Shown here: piece after piece, positions 62,701 to 64,000 of the stretch
How the letters are laid out: each line of letters starts with the position of its first letter
Position numbering within the stretch: position 1 is the stretch's first letter
NCBI GenBank assembly: GCA_977020255.1
Contig: CDROCS010000991.1
Location: 310,001-374,000 of the forward strand
DNA: 64,000 bases
From: Obrimoposthia wandeli
Lineage: Eukaryota
Reading direction: 5' to 3'
Position numbers and translations under genes: made by a program
Notes under the pieces: model-generated
Databases searched by the model: none
What the model saw: the letters and a program-made list of their open reading frames with translations, nothing else
Told to the model about the DNA's origin: nothing

Positions 62701-64000
62701 GTCGCATCCCGAGCCGCTTCAGCCGCTTCTACCGCTGCTTCTACCAGTGGCACATTCGCTGCCTATTCTCGCCGCTGGTTCTGGGTCTGCCGCTGGTGCT
62801 GGTGTTGCTGCATACGGACCGCTGTCTGCTACCGCCGTCTCTGTCTTCTGGAACCGGCCACACCGGCTACCGGTTAGCGCTCGGACTGCAGTTACTGCTG
62901 GGCCTACTCAACCTCACTCTGTTCTCGCTCTACTCCAGCTGGATCAAGTCCGCCACTGCGGCCGTTGTGCTCAGCGTTGCGGCTTGTCTGCTCGCCATCC
63001 TGCGCTACCGGCCACTGGCCACCACTGACTGCCGCTTCTTCGCGCCTTTCCTACAGGCCTTCAACTCGTAAGTGCACGTCCATCACTGCAACTGGTGAGC
63101 CAACGCCAGAGGGAGAGTGCTAGTTCAGATTTTAGGTGATCGTCAACTAGGAATCAGATATAATATTAAAACATCTTAGTTACAGTTTCAATTTACCTGA
63201 ATACGTGCACAGTTTATTTCTATATGCCAATAAGCTCCAGCGAGTGTCCCATACGAAATATACAGAAATTAATGCCACAATTTTCATTCAGATGCTTACA
63301 AGATTTTCTCTTTCTACTCCCTTTCTATAAATTGTCTTTATCCTGTCTTGTCCGATGATCCTCTTTCTTTGGTGTTCCTGATATTTGCTTCTTCAATCCT
63401 TTATCTTGAGGTGCTGTCCATCTAGAGCTGCAGCAACGATCGCCCATTCAATACCTATAAGTCTAAAGTGAGTCCGAATCCTGATCAACATGAAGCTCTT
63501 TCTTCATTGCTAAGGTCTTCCAGCAATCCATATACATCCTTGAGCAAGTTGTTTTTTGTGTATATCTTTACTTTATAAATGTTCTTGATAGTGGACTTAT
63601 TCTAACTTTTTTCTAATAGTTTCTGTGGTCAACTGGTGCCAAACACGGCTGTAACTGTAGTTAACATCTGATTTTTGTTGTTGTAGAAGTCAGCAGTCGT
63701 ATATGAACATGACCAATACGAGTAAGATTGCTGGTGGGACTCCGTTGTGGCTGCTGTCGAGCTCCAGCGACTGGATGGAGGTGGAGGTGCTGGTGGCGTT
63801 GGGGCTGTCGCTGGTGTTCATCGTCTTCTTCAACCGCGAGATGGACATCAGCTTCCGGGCGGGCTTCAGCTGTGACCACACCGCGAGATGCGCGCGCCAG
63901 ACCATGGAGGAGGAGCGACGACAGGTCAAATGGCTTCTTGAGAATATCATCCCCAAATATGTTATTGAGCCCGTCAAGAAGACCAAGTCCTACTCTCGAC
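47728..64000 (+). CDS. ADCY9: Adenylate cyclase type 9-like, 10 exons: 47728-48288, 49620-49769, 49855-50143, 54796-54982, 55727-55901, 56518-56725, 59747-59805, 60105-60320, 62406-63067, 63687->64000 (3' end outside window)
   Basis: C1a motifs VSIIFADIVGFT, CEKIATLGDCYYCVAG, MRVGVHTG, FKFDVWGHDV..ANEME; AC9-type features FKPPIN and NREMDISFR...WLLENIIP; all introns GT..AG with consistent phases. Confidence 0.92.
57300..57880 (-). mobile_element. Cys-rich C-terminal fragment of an integrase-type (Ginger-like) DNA transposase, intronic
   Basis: CNYRKKSCC...ICQCKGRCDNRKCSTKCHN CXC-like tail. Confidence 0.4.
57888..58119. repeat. Fold-back palindrome (arms of about 95 bp, MITE-like) in an intron
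   Basis: ...TGTAAAATATACAGTTAAAAGGTGG / CCACCTTTTAACTGTATATTTTACA..., extending out to AAATTCTACCAAATT / AATTTGGTAGAATTT. Confidence 0.85.
58481..58605 (+). pseudogene. Degenerate 28S rRNA fragment in an adenylate cyclase intron
   Basis: TCTAGGAGCTGGTTCTCTCCAAAGTTT..GGATAGCTGG...GATAAAGCGAATTATT.GA resembles the conserved LSU segment CTAGTAGCTGGTTCCCTCCGAAGTTTCCCTCAGGATAGCTGG...GGTAAAGCGAATGATTAGAG. Confidence 0.65.

Noticed and set aside
62268-63986. Minus-strand ORFs 62268-62753, 63661-63879 and 63690-63986, and alternative plus frames
   Set aside because: Antisense or off-frame shadows of GC-rich adenylate cyclase exons.

Overview
AT-rich animal genomic DNA, heavily loaded with transposons. 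The embedded 18S rRNA fragment looks triclad-flatworm-like (inference, needs BLAST). The centre (about 17.5-40.2 kb) holds a decayed copy of a giant Ty3/Gypsy-type retroelement on the minus strand. Reading through in-frame stops and frameshifts gives one apparent polyprotein of about 16.7 kb (37775 down to about 21020). Domain order: BIR + variant CCHC, Gag with Zn knuckle, ubiquitin-like, AT-hook, Bcl-2-like, chuvirus-type class III envelope glycoprotein, aspartic protease 1, IAP (BIR, variant CCHC, UBA, RING), aspartic protease 2, RT, RNase H, integrase, three YFDG beta-repeats, dual-specificity phosphatase, pseudophosphatase, membrane-protein tail. Three small RING-H2 genes follow, one with a C-terminal SIM. 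No matching LTR pair is visible. The 5' side instead has divergent plus-strand virus-like ORFs, tandem repeats, a hairpin and a 46-bp terminus shared with a second element end at 1513-1558. Host genes: the first 10 coding exons of an adenylate cyclase type 9-like gene (47728 to window end), two exons of a methyltransferase-like gene and an orphan COPA last exon. The rest is degraded Gypsy, LINE, MULE, pogo and Ginger-like fragments, 18S and 28S rRNA pseudo-fragments and tandem repeats. All domain calls are by motif recognition, not database search.
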